A stretch of DNA of 41,035 nt from Oligoflexia bacterium. Lineage in GTDB: Bacteria > Bdellovibrionota > Bdellovibrionia > JABDDW01. The stretch lies in the NCBI GenBank assembly GCA_043732305.1, contig JAYTHU010000037.1, positions 1-41,035 on the forward strand, in the 5' to 3' direction. The notes under the pieces are model-generated. The model saw nothing but the letters and a program-made list of their open reading frames with translations. It had not been told where the DNA came from and ran no database searches. Below, piece by piece: positions 27,448 to 36,807 of the stretch; the first letter of the stretch is position 1, and each line of letters opens with the position of its first letter. Position numbers and translations under genes: made by a program.

Positions 27448-27463
27448 AGCAAAGTAAATGCCG
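27448..27463 (-). promoter_or_regulatory. Sigma54 promoter of the lipoprotein cassette
   Basis: Minus strand reads CGGCATTTACTTTGCT (GG-N10-GC), about 25 nt before the start, with about 230 bp of non-coding DNA upstream. Confidence 0.6.
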
Positions 27464-27702
27464 TCTACAATGCAGCAGGTTGTCTAAAAGACCCTCATTC
27501 TGTTTAAGGCAGATTGACCTGGCTAATAGTTATTCGATTTTAAAAACCATTTAAGTTTTAAACGCTCTTAAGACGGACTTGGCAGAAATGGCAAACAATG
27601 CAAATTGGGACATTTCATTCTGCGCTCTTGTTTTTGATTTAATAACTAATCTGCATGACGGAGAGTTATGTGCGAGAATGTTGTCGATCTTATAGACAGT
27701 GA

Positions 27703-28587
27703 TCAGGCTGTTTTTAATTTTTTATTGAGGACGATAATATTTCCTAACAGACTAAAGGCTACTCCCACAAAAGTGATCACGTGCCAGTGGAAGCTTTCAA
27801 AGAAAGTTGAAATCACCAGTGCAATAATTGGAGTGAGAATTCCCACATAAGAAGCACGCTCAGGCCCAATTTTTCCTAACAGGGAAATATAACAACCGAA
27901 AGCAACGAACGATCCAAAAAATGCCAAATAAAGTAATGACCCTAAATAAGGTGCAGAAAAATGCATGGGGAAATGTTTGCCCATAACCAAGCAAATTATT
28001 CCAGTGATGACAGAACCGTAAAACATTCCGTAAGCATTAGATGGCATCACAGGATAATTTCTTCGTCTGGCCCTGATGGACGCCATGTTTCCGAGTGAAG
28101 CCAACAGCGAAGCGAAAATTCCTATCCCCAATCCTTGCACCGCTTTCGGATTGGATTGAAATGATAAAATTTCAGTCGAGAATAGACACAATATTCCGAC
28201 TCCGCCAAAAAATGCGCCAAGCAAAATAGAGCGTGCAGCTTTTTGTCCGAAAAAAACCTTCATTCCAATAATATTGAAATAAATCATCAACGTGAATGTC
28301 ACGGCAACTAACCCTGAACTGATCATCGACTCCGAAATGTACGTAAATATATAGTTGAGGCAAAACATGAAGAGTCCTTGCAACGCAAACCAGAGATGAT
28401 CTTTAAAATTAAATTTCATTCGAGCTGAAGTCAAAAGGCATGCGCCAAAGGTGATCAACGCCGCCAGCATGAAACGATAAAACACTGAAACTTCCGGGGC
28501 AACATCTCCAGCCAATTGATAGGTGATGGCAAACCAGGTGGATCCCCAAATGAGCACGCACGTAATGTATAAACTTAATATCTCCAT
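27703..28587 (-). CDS. EamA/DMT-family transporter
   Basis: IWGSTWFAI, SVFYRF, YLAFFGSFVAF and IGPERASY; about 10 TM helices. Confidence 0.9.
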   Translation of the reverse strand: MEILSLYITCVLIWGSTWFAITYQLAGDVAPEVSVFYRFMLAALITFGACLLTSARMKFNFKDHLWFALQGLFMFCLNYIFTYISESMISSGLVAVTFTLMIYFNIIGMKVFFGQKAARSILLGAFFGGVGILCLFSTEILSFQSNPKAVQGLGIGIFASLLASLGNMASIRARRRNYPVMPSNAYGMFYGSVITGIICLVMGKHFPMHFSAPYLGSLLYLAFFGSFVAFGCYISLLGKIGPERASYVGILTPIIALVISTFFESFHWHVITFVGVAFSLLGNIIVLNKKLKTA

Positions 28588-28616
28588 GCGTCGCACAGTA
28601 TAGTAGAGTTCTCAAT

Positions 28617-29204
28617 ATGACAAATGTAACCGAGCTCAGTATCAATAAATTCTTTATCGACGATAACTTTTTATCCGAGGCTGAATTGCAATCTATTCGC
28701 AACGATTTTAATTTATGCCAAACCGATGGTTTATTTAGTGAAGCTAAAACCGGAATAGAAAAAGAAAAGACCAAAGCGCGCTCTGATCTCACCCATTGGA
28801 TCTTAGATAGCAAAGCCGGACTCTATGGATCAACTATCCCTCAAAAGAAAATTCAATCTTCAATAGAAAAACTCAAAAATGAAATCAATGAAAAATTGTT
28901 TTTAGGACTTTGGGATTTTGAGGGTCACTATTCTTCCTATGGCCCAGGAGCATTTTACGAAAAACACATGGATCAGTTTAAAGGGAATTCCAGTCGCAAA
29001 GTTTCGTTCGTTTTGTATTTAAATGACGATTGGAAATCTGATGATGGGGGATCTTTAGTTTTGTATTTGGAAAAAGAGAAATTAGAAATTTTGCCGATTG
29101 GTGGAAGACTTGTTTGCTTTTTATCGGAAGGATTAGAACATGAAGTTCTTCTCTCCCAAAGAGAGAGAAGAAGCTTCACCGGATGGTTTAAAATCCGAAC
29201 TTAA
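28617..29204 (+). CDS. 2OG-Fe(II) oxygenase (prolyl-hydroxylase-like)
   Basis: HMD, RKVSFVLYLN..W...DGG.L, HEV and RRSFTGW. Confidence 0.9.
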   Translation: MTNVTELSINKFFIDDNFLSEAELQSIRNDFNLCQTDGLFSEAKTGIEKEKTKARSDLTHWILDSKAGLYGSTIPQKKIQSSIEKLKNEINEKLFLGLWDFEGHYSSYGPGAFYEKHMDQFKGNSSRKVSFVLYLNDDWKSDDGGSLVLYLEKEKLEILPIGGRLVCFLSEGLEHEVLLSQRERRSFTGWFKIRT

Positions 29205-29219
29205 ATCGAATTTAAAGAA

Positions 29220-29627
29220 TCAATCGCGATTTCCACCGCGACCGCCGCCACCACCGCCACCACCAAATCCACGACCACCACCACCACCGCCGCCACCGAA
29301 ACCACTTCGATTTCCGCCACCGCCGCTGCGTCCGCCGCCGCCACCGAATCCACGACCACCGCCGCCACCTTCACGTGGAGCTTGAGGACGAGCTTCGCTA
29401 ACAACCATGGGTCGACCATTATAGTCAGAGCCATTCATTTTGCTGATGGCTTCCTGAGCTTGATCATCAGCTGTCATTTCGACAAATCCGAATCCTTTAC
29501 TTCTTCCGGAATCACGGTCAGTGATAATCTTTGCAGACTCCACTTGGCCAAATTGTGAAAAGGATTCGAGTAGGCCTGCCTCGGTTACTGAAAACGCGAG
29601 ATTGCCGACGTATAACTTTTTACCCAT
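29220..29627 (-). CDS. RRM RNA-binding protein with a Gly/Arg-rich tail
   Basis: RNP2 LYVGNL, RNP1 KGFGFVEM, GGGGGRGFGG repeats; AGGAGG SD. Confidence 0.93.
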   Translation of the reverse strand: MGKKLYVGNLAFSVTEAGLLESFSQFGQVESAKIITDRDSGRSKGFGFVEMTADDQAQEAISKMNGSDYNGRPMVVSEARPQAPREGGGGGRGFGGGGGRSGGGGNRSGFGGGGGGGGRGFGGGGGGGGRGGNRD

Positions 29628-29930
29628 AGTACCTCCTAAGGAACTGGGATGAGCTGCTCGAGTTTATGGCGACCGGAGCTTTTGAGGCTGGACAGGCACT
29701 TAGACTCTGAGAGAGCGATCGTTTTAATAAATAACAAATTAGATAATAACTCAAATGCGAATTGATTTCCATAGATTCTTGGAAATTTTGAATCTCAAAG
29801 ATGTATGTGGAGTACGCAGTTGCAGATAATTTAGTCATCCGTTTTGGCACCACTTTGTTTATGACGATTTTACTGGTTATGGATTTAAGATTTCGATTTA
29901 ACGTTGCAAACTACGAGCGTATCGGGACTC

Positions 29931-30377
29931 TTAGCGAATGTTTTTCTGACAATCCGCCTCGGCATCGCGGATCTTATCCATGCTCACGTCGACTTCATTT
30001 TGAAAACCTTCAACTGGCCATTCTTTTTCAATCGCCCTAATCCAAACTAAATTTTGTTCTTTGTCAGTTTTATTTTTGGCGGTTCTTAAAAGATTTAAAA
30101 CAAAATTGTATTTATCTTGAAAGCGTAAATAAGTTTTAAATTTAATCGAAGGAGAAAAATCACGCTCACACAATATTGCCGTATTCTCCTTGAATGCCGA
30201 ACTATTTATCAGACATGTTTCTTGGGATTTTGTGACTGGAGTTAAATCGGAAGAGGCCGCAATATTCATAAAACATTCGGTATCTAAAACTGATGTTTTG
30301 GGAACTTCAGTTGCTTGTGCTGTCCTGACCGCTGCAAGTCCTGCAAAAACAGTCACTATTATAATTAATTTTCTCAT
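29931..30377 (-). CDS. Hypothetical secreted protein with 4 Cys
   Basis: AAGGGA SD and signal peptide ending TAQA. Confidence 0.7.
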   Translation of the reverse strand: MRKLIIIVTVFAGLAAVRTAQATEVPKTSVLDTECFMNIAASSDLTPVTKSQETCLINSSAFKENTAILCERDFSPSIKFKTYLRFQDKYNFVLNLLRTAKNKTDKEQNLVWIRAIEKEWPVEGFQNEVDVSMDKIRDAEADCQKNIR

Positions 30378-30520
30378 GTTTCATTCCCTTTTGATCTCGC
30401 GTGATTAATTCTCTCTTTGCATATTTGCAACCGTGCCAAACTAGCAAGATCGCATATATCTAGCACGGATGTAATAGAACGCTCAACCTGGGCCTAGCTT
30501 GTGAAATTAGTTCATAAAGT

Positions 30521-31003
30521 TCAATAAAGTTTTTTGTCCGGAATCTTCATCCAGTTTTTAAAAACTACCAAAGCTTCGGCTGCCATAAGTCGGGACGAAG
30601 GGATTTTACGAGCGCTCAAAGGCTTAGGAATTTCGTCGTAGATGAGAGCATCATCAAAATCAATAGCAGCGGCATCGCCGCGAGTGTTTCCAAAATATAT
30701 TCGATCAATGCGCGCCCAATAAATAGCGGAGAGACACATTGGACAAGGCTCGCAACTGGAATAAATTTCGCAGCCGCTGAGATCATGATTGGAAATTTTT
30801 TGACAGGCCTCGCGAATGGCCACGACTTCCGCATGAGCCGTTGGATCATTCGTGGAAGTCACTTTGTTCCAGCCCTCTCCAACAATTTTCCCATCTCGCA
30901 CAATCACCGCACCAAAGGGGCCACCATTCTTTTTTTCAAGATTTATTTGAGAAAGCTCGATTGCACGCGCCATGAATTTTTCTTTATTTTTATCTGATGC
31001 CAT
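30521..31003 (-). CDS. guaD: Nucleoside/guanine deaminase (cytidine-deaminase fold)
   Basis: GGPFGAVIV, DPTAHAEV, SCEPCPMC and FDDALIY. Confidence 0.85.
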   Translation of the reverse strand: MASDKNKEKFMARAIELSQINLEKKNGGPFGAVIVRDGKIVGEGWNKVTSTNDPTAHAEVVAIREACQKISNHDLSGCEIYSSCEPCPMCLSAIYWARIDRIYFGNTRGDAAAIDFDDALIYDEIPKPLSARKIPSSRLMAAEALVVFKNWMKIPDKKLY

Positions 31004-31286
31004 AGATGCCAGTCTGCCAGACTACTGACGGAAATTTCAATCGATATTAAAGAATTTCAGATTTATTGCTTTCGGGGATTTGGCATTTCCGAAATTTCGG
31101 CAGTAAAAAAAACACAAACCCCGACTCCAAGCACATAGGCGCCCCCCAAAAATGACCAAAAAGCGACAATGTTAAGCCGATGAAACTTGATATTATTATT
31201 AATCGAAGTGAATTGAAAAAATATAATCTCCAGTAAATATTGTGTTTTTCTTTGTAATTTCATCAGCAATAAGTCTAAGCTCGCCT

Positions 31287-32888
31287 ATGATTTTAAAAGC
31301 TAATTTATTCCAACGAGCCTTTTTGGTCCTTACGGTTTTATTTTTTTCCACACCCCTTCTCGCCAAGGTTTGGCCGGGAGAAAAACCAAAATTAATTGTG
31401 GTCATTGTCATAGATCAATTTCGCGCTGACTACCTTTCTCGTTATCAATCTAAATTTACCGAAAATGGCTTCAAGGCTCTGATGCAAAACGGCGCCTACT
31501 ATCCATACGGAGAATATGACATTCTTCAATCTATGACATGCCCGGGGCATGCCACAGTGATGACTGGTGCCTATCCCTACAAAATGGGAATTCCGATCAA
31601 CGAATGGTACGATCAAAAAACTCACCAAGAAATGTATTGTGTCGGCGATCCCGATGCCAAAGAAGTTAGTGAGACCATAATCAAATCCCGACTCGACGAC
31701 CCGCACAGCGCGAGCGAAGCAAGTGTGTCGACATTACCTAGCACATTAGACAAGCACGTGATGCTTTCAGAAAGTCACGTTTCTCCACGCAACATAAACG
31801 GCTCCACTGTCGGAGACGAACTCAAAAATTCTGATTGGCCTACTAGAACTTTTTCTTTAGCCCTAAAGGATCGCGCAGCGATATTGATGGCAGGCCACCG
31901 AGCGGATCTGGCATTCTGGTATAACACTCAACTCAATCGATGGGTGACAAGCGACTACTACATAAAATCAAAAGATTTTCCCGATTGGCTGAACTCGCTC
32001 AATAAAATCACTGAAAAACGCAAATGCGACATCCAAACAACGTGCGGAGTGGAACTCACAACCCAAGCCTTCAAAGCTGCTTTCGACAATTTGAAATTGG
32101 GCCAGACAAACACGACAGACATTTTAACAATGAGTTTTTCAAGTCATGATTTAGCGGGCCACCGATACGGCCCCAATTCTCCCGAAATAGAGGCAATGAC
32201 AATCAGTGAAGACCGAGCGATGGCGGAAATATTAAAGACCGTGAAAGCTAAAATGGGTCGCTCTGGAAAATTTCTCCTTGTACTTACTGGAGACCATGGT
32301 GTTGCTTCAACGCCAAAATATTTGTTAGATCACAAAATAGATGCCGGTCTCATCGATGACGAAAAGTTAGTGAACGAGATGGAGAAAAACCTCACTAAAG
32401 AATTCGGCCCGATAAAATCTAAACACTGGATTAAATTTTCGCCCGACTTTAATTTTTATTTGGATGAGCAAGAAATCAAAGAAGCAGGTCTAGAAATAAA
32501 AAAGATCGAGAATTCGATTAAAAATTATCTTCTTGAAGATCCCCGCTTTGTTTCGGTGTTCACTGCAGACGATTTTGACAAAGGGCTGCTTCCCCCCTCA
32601 ATGTTCAAGCGACAAGTAGAAAAAACCTATTATCAAGGTCGCAGCGGACACGTCATTGCAATTCAAAAACCGTTTTATATCAACGGTACAAAAAATCATG
32701 CATCTCATATGACCGGCTACACCTATGATCGCACCGTCCCCATTATTTTTTCCGGATACGGAATAAAAAATGGCGTGTATGCAGACAAAGCCGAAGTCGT
32801 AGATATCGCTCCAACGCTCTCATTTTTACTAGGAATTATTCCCCCCGCGCTCTCCGAGGGGCGCGTGCTGAAAGAGGCCTTAAAATGA
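31287..32888 (+). CDS. Alkaline phosphatase superfamily protein (PafA/PhoK-like)
   Basis: IVIDQFR, TCPGHAT (Thr nucleophile), SLALKDR, DLAGH.YGP, TGDHG and SH..Y.YDR.VP. Confidence 0.9.
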   Translation: MILKANLFQRAFLVLTVLFFSTPLLAKVWPGEKPKLIVVIVIDQFRADYLSRYQSKFTENGFKALMQNGAYYPYGEYDILQSMTCPGHATVMTGAYPYKMGIPINEWYDQKTHQEMYCVGDPDAKEVSETIIKSRLDDPHSASEASVSTLPSTLDKHVMLSESHVSPRNINGSTVGDELKNSDWPTRTFSLALKDRAAILMAGHRADLAFWYNTQLNRWVTSDYYIKSKDFPDWLNSLNKITEKRKCDIQTTCGVELTTQAFKAAFDNLKLGQTNTTDILTMSFSSHDLAGHRYGPNSPEIEAMTISEDRAMAEILKTVKAKMGRSGKFLLVLTGDHGVASTPKYLLDHKIDAGLIDDEKLVNEMEKNLTKEFGPIKSKHWIKFSPDFNFYLDEQEIKEAGLEIKKIENSIKNYLLEDPRFVSVFTADDFDKGLLPPSMFKRQVEKTYYQGRSGHVIAIQKPFYINGTKNHASHMTGYTYDRTVPIIFSGYGIKNGVYADKAEVVDIAPTLSFLLGIIPPALSEGRVLKEALK

Positions 32889-34045
32889 GCCACTCTTTCT
32901 ATTTTGATAAATCACAGCTTATTAGATTAGCTAAAAAACATGGCACGCCCACCTACGTTTATTCTGCGAGTCGAGTGCAGGAAAAAATTAAACTTTTAAA
33001 AAACGCTTTCACACAACCTCTCACCATTCACTACGCTATGAAAGCAAATGACTTTCCCCCACTATTGAGAGTCATTAAAAAAGCAGGTTGCGGAGTCGAT
33101 GTCGTGAGCTTTGGAGAAATCGACAGAGCCATGTCATGCGGATTCAAACCATCGGCGATTATCTTTTCTGGTGTCGGCAAATCAGTGGAGGAAATTCGCC
33201 AAGCGATAATTTTAAAAATCAAACTTCTCAATGTTGAGAGTCCACAGGAGCTGGAAAGAATTGGCGCAATTGCTAAGAAACTCAAGACAACTGCCGTTGT
33301 CGCTTTCCGTCTCAACCCCGCGGTCAACCCAAAAACGCATCCTTATATTGCTACGGGTTTCAAAGAAAATAAATTTGGAATGGATGCTTCTTTCTTGCCG
33401 GAACTTATTAAAATTTTAAAAAAATATAAAAACGAAATTGAATTGGCCGGCCTTGATTTTCACATTGGCTCTCAACTGCTCGAACTCAAACCATTTAAAG
33501 ACGCGTTAAAAAAGTCTTTGCCTATTTATCGCGAATTGGTATCTCAAGGACACCCACTAAGATATTTTGATATTGGTGGCGGGGTAGGAATTTCGTATCA
33601 AGGGCAAAAGACAATCGACCTTGAAAAGTACGCACAAGCTATTGAAGTTGAAACAAAACCCCTCGGTTGCGAAATTTTATGTGAGCCCGGAAGATTCTTG
33701 GTAGCTGATGCTGGGGTACTTATCACTAAAGTGGAGTACGTTAAAAAAACTCCGTACAAAAATTTTGTCATTATAGATTCTGGAATGCATCACCTTATTA
33801 GACCTGCGCTTTATGGATCACACCACGAAATTTTACCGTTGAACAAAATCCGGGGTGGTAAAAAAATAAAAGTGGATGTTGTCGGACCGATCTGCGAATC
33901 GGCAGACTTTCTAGCTAAAGATTTCTTCATGATCGAACCAAACCAAAATAATTTACTTGCAGTTTGTGATAGCGGCGCTTACGGTGCCGTGATGGCAAGT
34001 CATTATAATCTCCAAAAATCCGTCAAAGAGATCCTCATTAAGTAA
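32885..34045 (+). CDS. lysA: Diaminopimelate decarboxylase
   Basis: YAMKAN, HIGSQ, DIGGG, EPGR, GPICESAD and GAYG..MAS.YN. Confidence 0.95.
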   Translation: MSHSFYFDKSQLIRLAKKHGTPTYVYSASRVQEKIKLLKNAFTQPLTIHYAMKANDFPPLLRVIKKAGCGVDVVSFGEIDRAMSCGFKPSAIIFSGVGKSVEEIRQAIILKIKLLNVESPQELERIGAIAKKLKTTAVVAFRLNPAVNPKTHPYIATGFKENKFGMDASFLPELIKILKKYKNEIELAGLDFHIGSQLLELKPFKDALKKSLPIYRELVSQGHPLRYFDIGGGVGISYQGQKTIDLEKYAQAIEVETKPLGCEILCEPGRFLVADAGVLITKVEYVKKTPYKNFVIIDSGMHHLIRPALYGSHHEILPLNKIRGGKKIKVDVVGPICESADFLAKDFFMIEPNQNNLLAVCDSGAYGAVMASHYNLQKSVKEILIK

Positions 34046-34125
34046 AACAATCACTTAGCTCTGAGATCAAATTACGATTATTTTTACTCCTGTAACTCAT
34101 TGGATTTATTCGTCTAATTATTGGC

Positions 34126-34152
34126 TCAAGACTTTCGACGAGCCGCCGATAG
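34126..34152 (+). promoter_or_regulatory. Sigma28 (FliA) promoter
   Basis: TCAA-N15-GCCGATAG, close to the consensus TAAA-N15-GCCGATAA. Confidence 0.65.
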
Positions 34153-34267
34153 GTTTATTGAAGGTCATTTGCGCGTTGAATCTCCATAACCTTAGAACAG
34201 CGCGCTTGTATTCATACTTGTATGTACGCTGGTGAATAAAAAAAGGTTATTTCGTGGAGGCGTGCAT

Positions 34268-35359
34268 ATGATGAAGCTATCTTATCTAGCACTTTCTGTT
34301 GTTGGTATGTCTTCTTTTGGTCTCGTAGGTTGCGGTCAAGGCGGAGCTAGCTTTAGCACCCTTCCTTCAGCCCAATCATTCAAGCAAGGCAGTCTCGTTG
34401 CTAACAACAAGATTGATATATTGTGGATGGTGGACAATTCAGGATCGATGCAACCACTACAACAAAATATGGCATCAAATTTTGATAGCTTCATTGGTGA
34501 CATCAACACCAAGGGTTATGACTTTCACATTGCAGTCAGTACTTCTGAAGCTTACAAAGCTGACCCTACATTGAACGGTTATAGCTCTACGAATGCAAGC
34601 TTAGCAAAGTTTAGGGACGGAACTGATGCAACATCTCACACTGGAATTTTCGATATTCTTCCAACCACAGCGAATCTTATTAATACTTTTGTTATCAACG
34701 GTGTTGAGGGATCAAATGGATCAGGCGACGAGAGAGAATTTTCGAGCATGAAAACTGCACTCAATAGCTCAATGAACAAAGGATTTTTAAGAGCGGATTC
34801 ATTCTTAGCCGTGATCATTCTCTCCGACGAAGATGATTTCAGTGGTGCGGGTCGTGCAGAATATGGCGGAACGGATCACAACTACTCAGCCTCCACTCTC
34901 GATTCAGTGCAAAGTTACATCTCTTATCTCGACACATTGACTGGATCAACCGGTTCTACTCGACGATATAACGTTTCAAGTATCGCCGTACTAGATACTG
35001 CATGTTACAATTCTCACTACAACGCTTCTCCCTCAACTATCGTGGGTCAGCGATACATCTCTTTATCCGCTGCTACCAGTGGAGTGACCGGAAGTATTTG
35101 TGATGCATCTTATGCAAGTTCACTCACTGCGATCCAAAAACAAATCGAAGAGCTCAGCACTCAGTTTTACTTGAGCAGTCGTCCCGTAGTGAATTCGATC
35201 ATCATTCAAGTGAATAGCGTTACCGAACCTAACGATGCAACAAACGGTTGGACTTACAACTCAAGTGCAAACTCAATCGTATTCCATGGAACAGCTATCC
35301 CCCCCCAAAACGCGAACATCAACGTGTCCTTCATTCCCCAAAACCTCACCGCCAACTAA
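34268..35359 (+). CDS. VWA-domain lipoprotein (adhesin-like)
   Basis: GGAGG SD; lipobox LVGC; KIDILWMVDNSGSM MIDAS; FLR....LAVIILSDEDD; C-terminal NGWTY beta domain. Confidence 0.82.
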   Translation: MMKLSYLALSVVGMSSFGLVGCGQGGASFSTLPSAQSFKQGSLVANNKIDILWMVDNSGSMQPLQQNMASNFDSFIGDINTKGYDFHIAVSTSEAYKADPTLNGYSSTNASLAKFRDGTDATSHTGIFDILPTTANLINTFVINGVEGSNGSGDEREFSSMKTALNSSMNKGFLRADSFLAVIILSDEDDFSGAGRAEYGGTDHNYSASTLDSVQSYISYLDTLTGSTGSTRRYNVSSIAVLDTACYNSHYNASPSTIVGQRYISLSAATSGVTGSICDASYASSLTAIQKQIEELSTQFYLSSRPVVNSIIIQVNSVTEPNDATNGWTYNSSANSIVFHGTAIPPQNANINVSFIPQNLTAN

Positions 35360-35400
35360 ACCCTCAGGTACCAGGTTCATTTTGGTAGCTATACCGCGTT

Positions 35401-35435
35401 AAAAGCCCCAGATCAAAGTCTGGGGTTTTTATTTT
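35401..35435 (+). terminator. Intrinsic terminator
   Basis: CCCCAGA-tcaaag-TCTGGGG followed by TTTTTATTTT. Confidence 0.8.
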
Positions 35436-35623
35436 ACCCACTCAGATCGACCTGCTTTGCGGATGAGGTACGGCGTACCTTTTTGCCTTTTCGCAAAAAT
35501 TGTCGCGAGAGCGCAAAAGCGGATGCTTTTGAACTGACCACACTCAATACATGACCTTAGAAAAACGTATTATAATCAGATAGTTACCTATTACATACTG
35601 TGACTTCAAACTGACTAGACTTT

Positions 35624-35639
35624 TGGCACGCCACTTGAA
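35624..35639 (+). promoter_or_regulatory. Candidate sigma54 promoter
   Basis: TGGCACG-CCAC-TTGAA (perfect -24 box, -12 box GA instead of GC). Confidence 0.55.
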
Positions 35640-35683
35640 CTATCAAGTGGTTATAGAGGATGTCAGTTTACAAGGAGTATTAT

Positions 35684-36697
35684 ATGACGTTAAAGAAGAC
35701 CATTTTTGTCACATTGTTCGCGGTGTTCGCACTTCAATCAAACGCCCAGGCCGATTGCTCAGCTCTTACAGGTCCCCAAGGATTTGGAGCTGGCGCTCTT
35801 ACCGGAGCCGTTATCAAAAACACTGGTGAAGGAACGCTAGCTGGCGGAATCATTGGCGGAGTTATCTTTTACGGATTGAGCTGCCTCATGGGCCATAAAT
35901 CGGACAAAGAAAAAATCAATCAATTTACTATAGCTTGTATTCAAGGACAGCAATCCGCTTGTTCCGGCAATTTGGATGGCGATAGCAGTTACTCCATCAC
36001 AATGGTGAGAGATGGAAACGTCACTTGCTACGTTGCCAATGTAGTAGATAAATCTGGCCGAGTAGTAACCATTCCTACTTGTGGCTATCTCAGGAACGGC
36101 AATTTCATCATCGACAATAATCTTTCTCATCAATATGCCAGTAGAATCAGCGGTCACGTGACCAACTTGAATGAAAAAAATCAGATCGCATATGTTGATA
36201 AGTACGATGCTGGCCGAGCTAAAGCTTTGCGCGACAGCATTTACTCAAGCTCAAGTTATTATGAAGGTACATCGTCTGGACGCCCCGATGTTCGCTCGGG
36301 CAGCACCGATCGCGACAATCAAATTTCGGAAACCAGCCTTGATGCCTATGTGCAAAAAGGTGGACGATTTCATGGTGACGAATATCTTTCGGCTTCTCAA
36401 TCTGGCGAATATGGTTACAGCACTTCAGATTCAAAGGGAAACAGACAAACGATTAATGCTTACAATGCTTGCCCAGTTCCAGTTGGAGTAGCCAACGCAA
36501 CCTACGCTTACAAACTCGGCTGTCATTACTTTGAATCTAACATCAGTCAAGACGTTGCCGAGCGCGAATGTGTCAGCTACGCAAGAAGTATGGGATCGCA
36601 TGCTAGTTGCAACCCTGCGAAAGAAATGCAACCCGAAATGCGAATTACCAATCAGCCAGCACAACAAGACATCTCTGGTCGCGTGAAGGGTTCATAA
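35684..36697 (+). CDS. Secreted Cys-rich protein with an N-terminal glycine zipper
   Basis: AAGGAG SD; signal peptide ending NAQA; GFGAGALTGAV..GTLAGGIIGGVI; multiple Cys. Confidence 0.7.
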   Translation: MTLKKTIFVTLFAVFALQSNAQADCSALTGPQGFGAGALTGAVIKNTGEGTLAGGIIGGVIFYGLSCLMGHKSDKEKINQFTIACIQGQQSACSGNLDGDSSYSITMVRDGNVTCYVANVVDKSGRVVTIPTCGYLRNGNFIIDNNLSHQYASRISGHVTNLNEKNQIAYVDKYDAGRAKALRDSIYSSSSYYEGTSSGRPDVRSGSTDRDNQISETSLDAYVQKGGRFHGDEYLSASQSGEYGYSTSDSKGNRQTINAYNACPVPVGVANATYAYKLGCHYFESNISQDVAERECVSYARSMGSHASCNPAKEMQPEMRITNQPAQQDISGRVKGS

Positions 36698-36731
36698 ACT
36701 TAAAACAAAGTCCTAGTAAACAAACTCACTC

Positions 36732-36770
36732 AATAAAAAGGCCCGCATTCCGCGGGCTTTTTATTTTTTT
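36732..36770. terminator. Bidirectional intrinsic terminator
   Basis: AATAAAAAGGCCCGC-attcc-GCGGGCTTTTTATT. Confidence 0.85.
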
Positions 36771-36807
36771 TAAAATTTATTAGCCGAAAAACCACCTGAA
36801 CTTAAAA

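Noticed and set aside
29140..29434. Pro-rich and Val/Ala-rich ORFs and the GGT/GGC repeat tract
   Set aside because: Shadow frames of the Gly-rich RRM tail, not separate genes or a repeat array.
29843..29860. TGGCACCACTTTGTT as a sigma54 promoter
   Set aside because: Spacing is one base short and no credible gene follows.
30418..30440. Minus-strand TGGCACGGTTGCA as a sigma54 promoter
   Set aside because: The GG-to-GC spacing is not 10 nt.
31063..31269. 68-aa ORF with one hydrophobic segment
   Set aside because: No SD or recognisable family, and it lies in an AT-rich divergent promoter region; it cannot be supported, though a small protein is not excluded.
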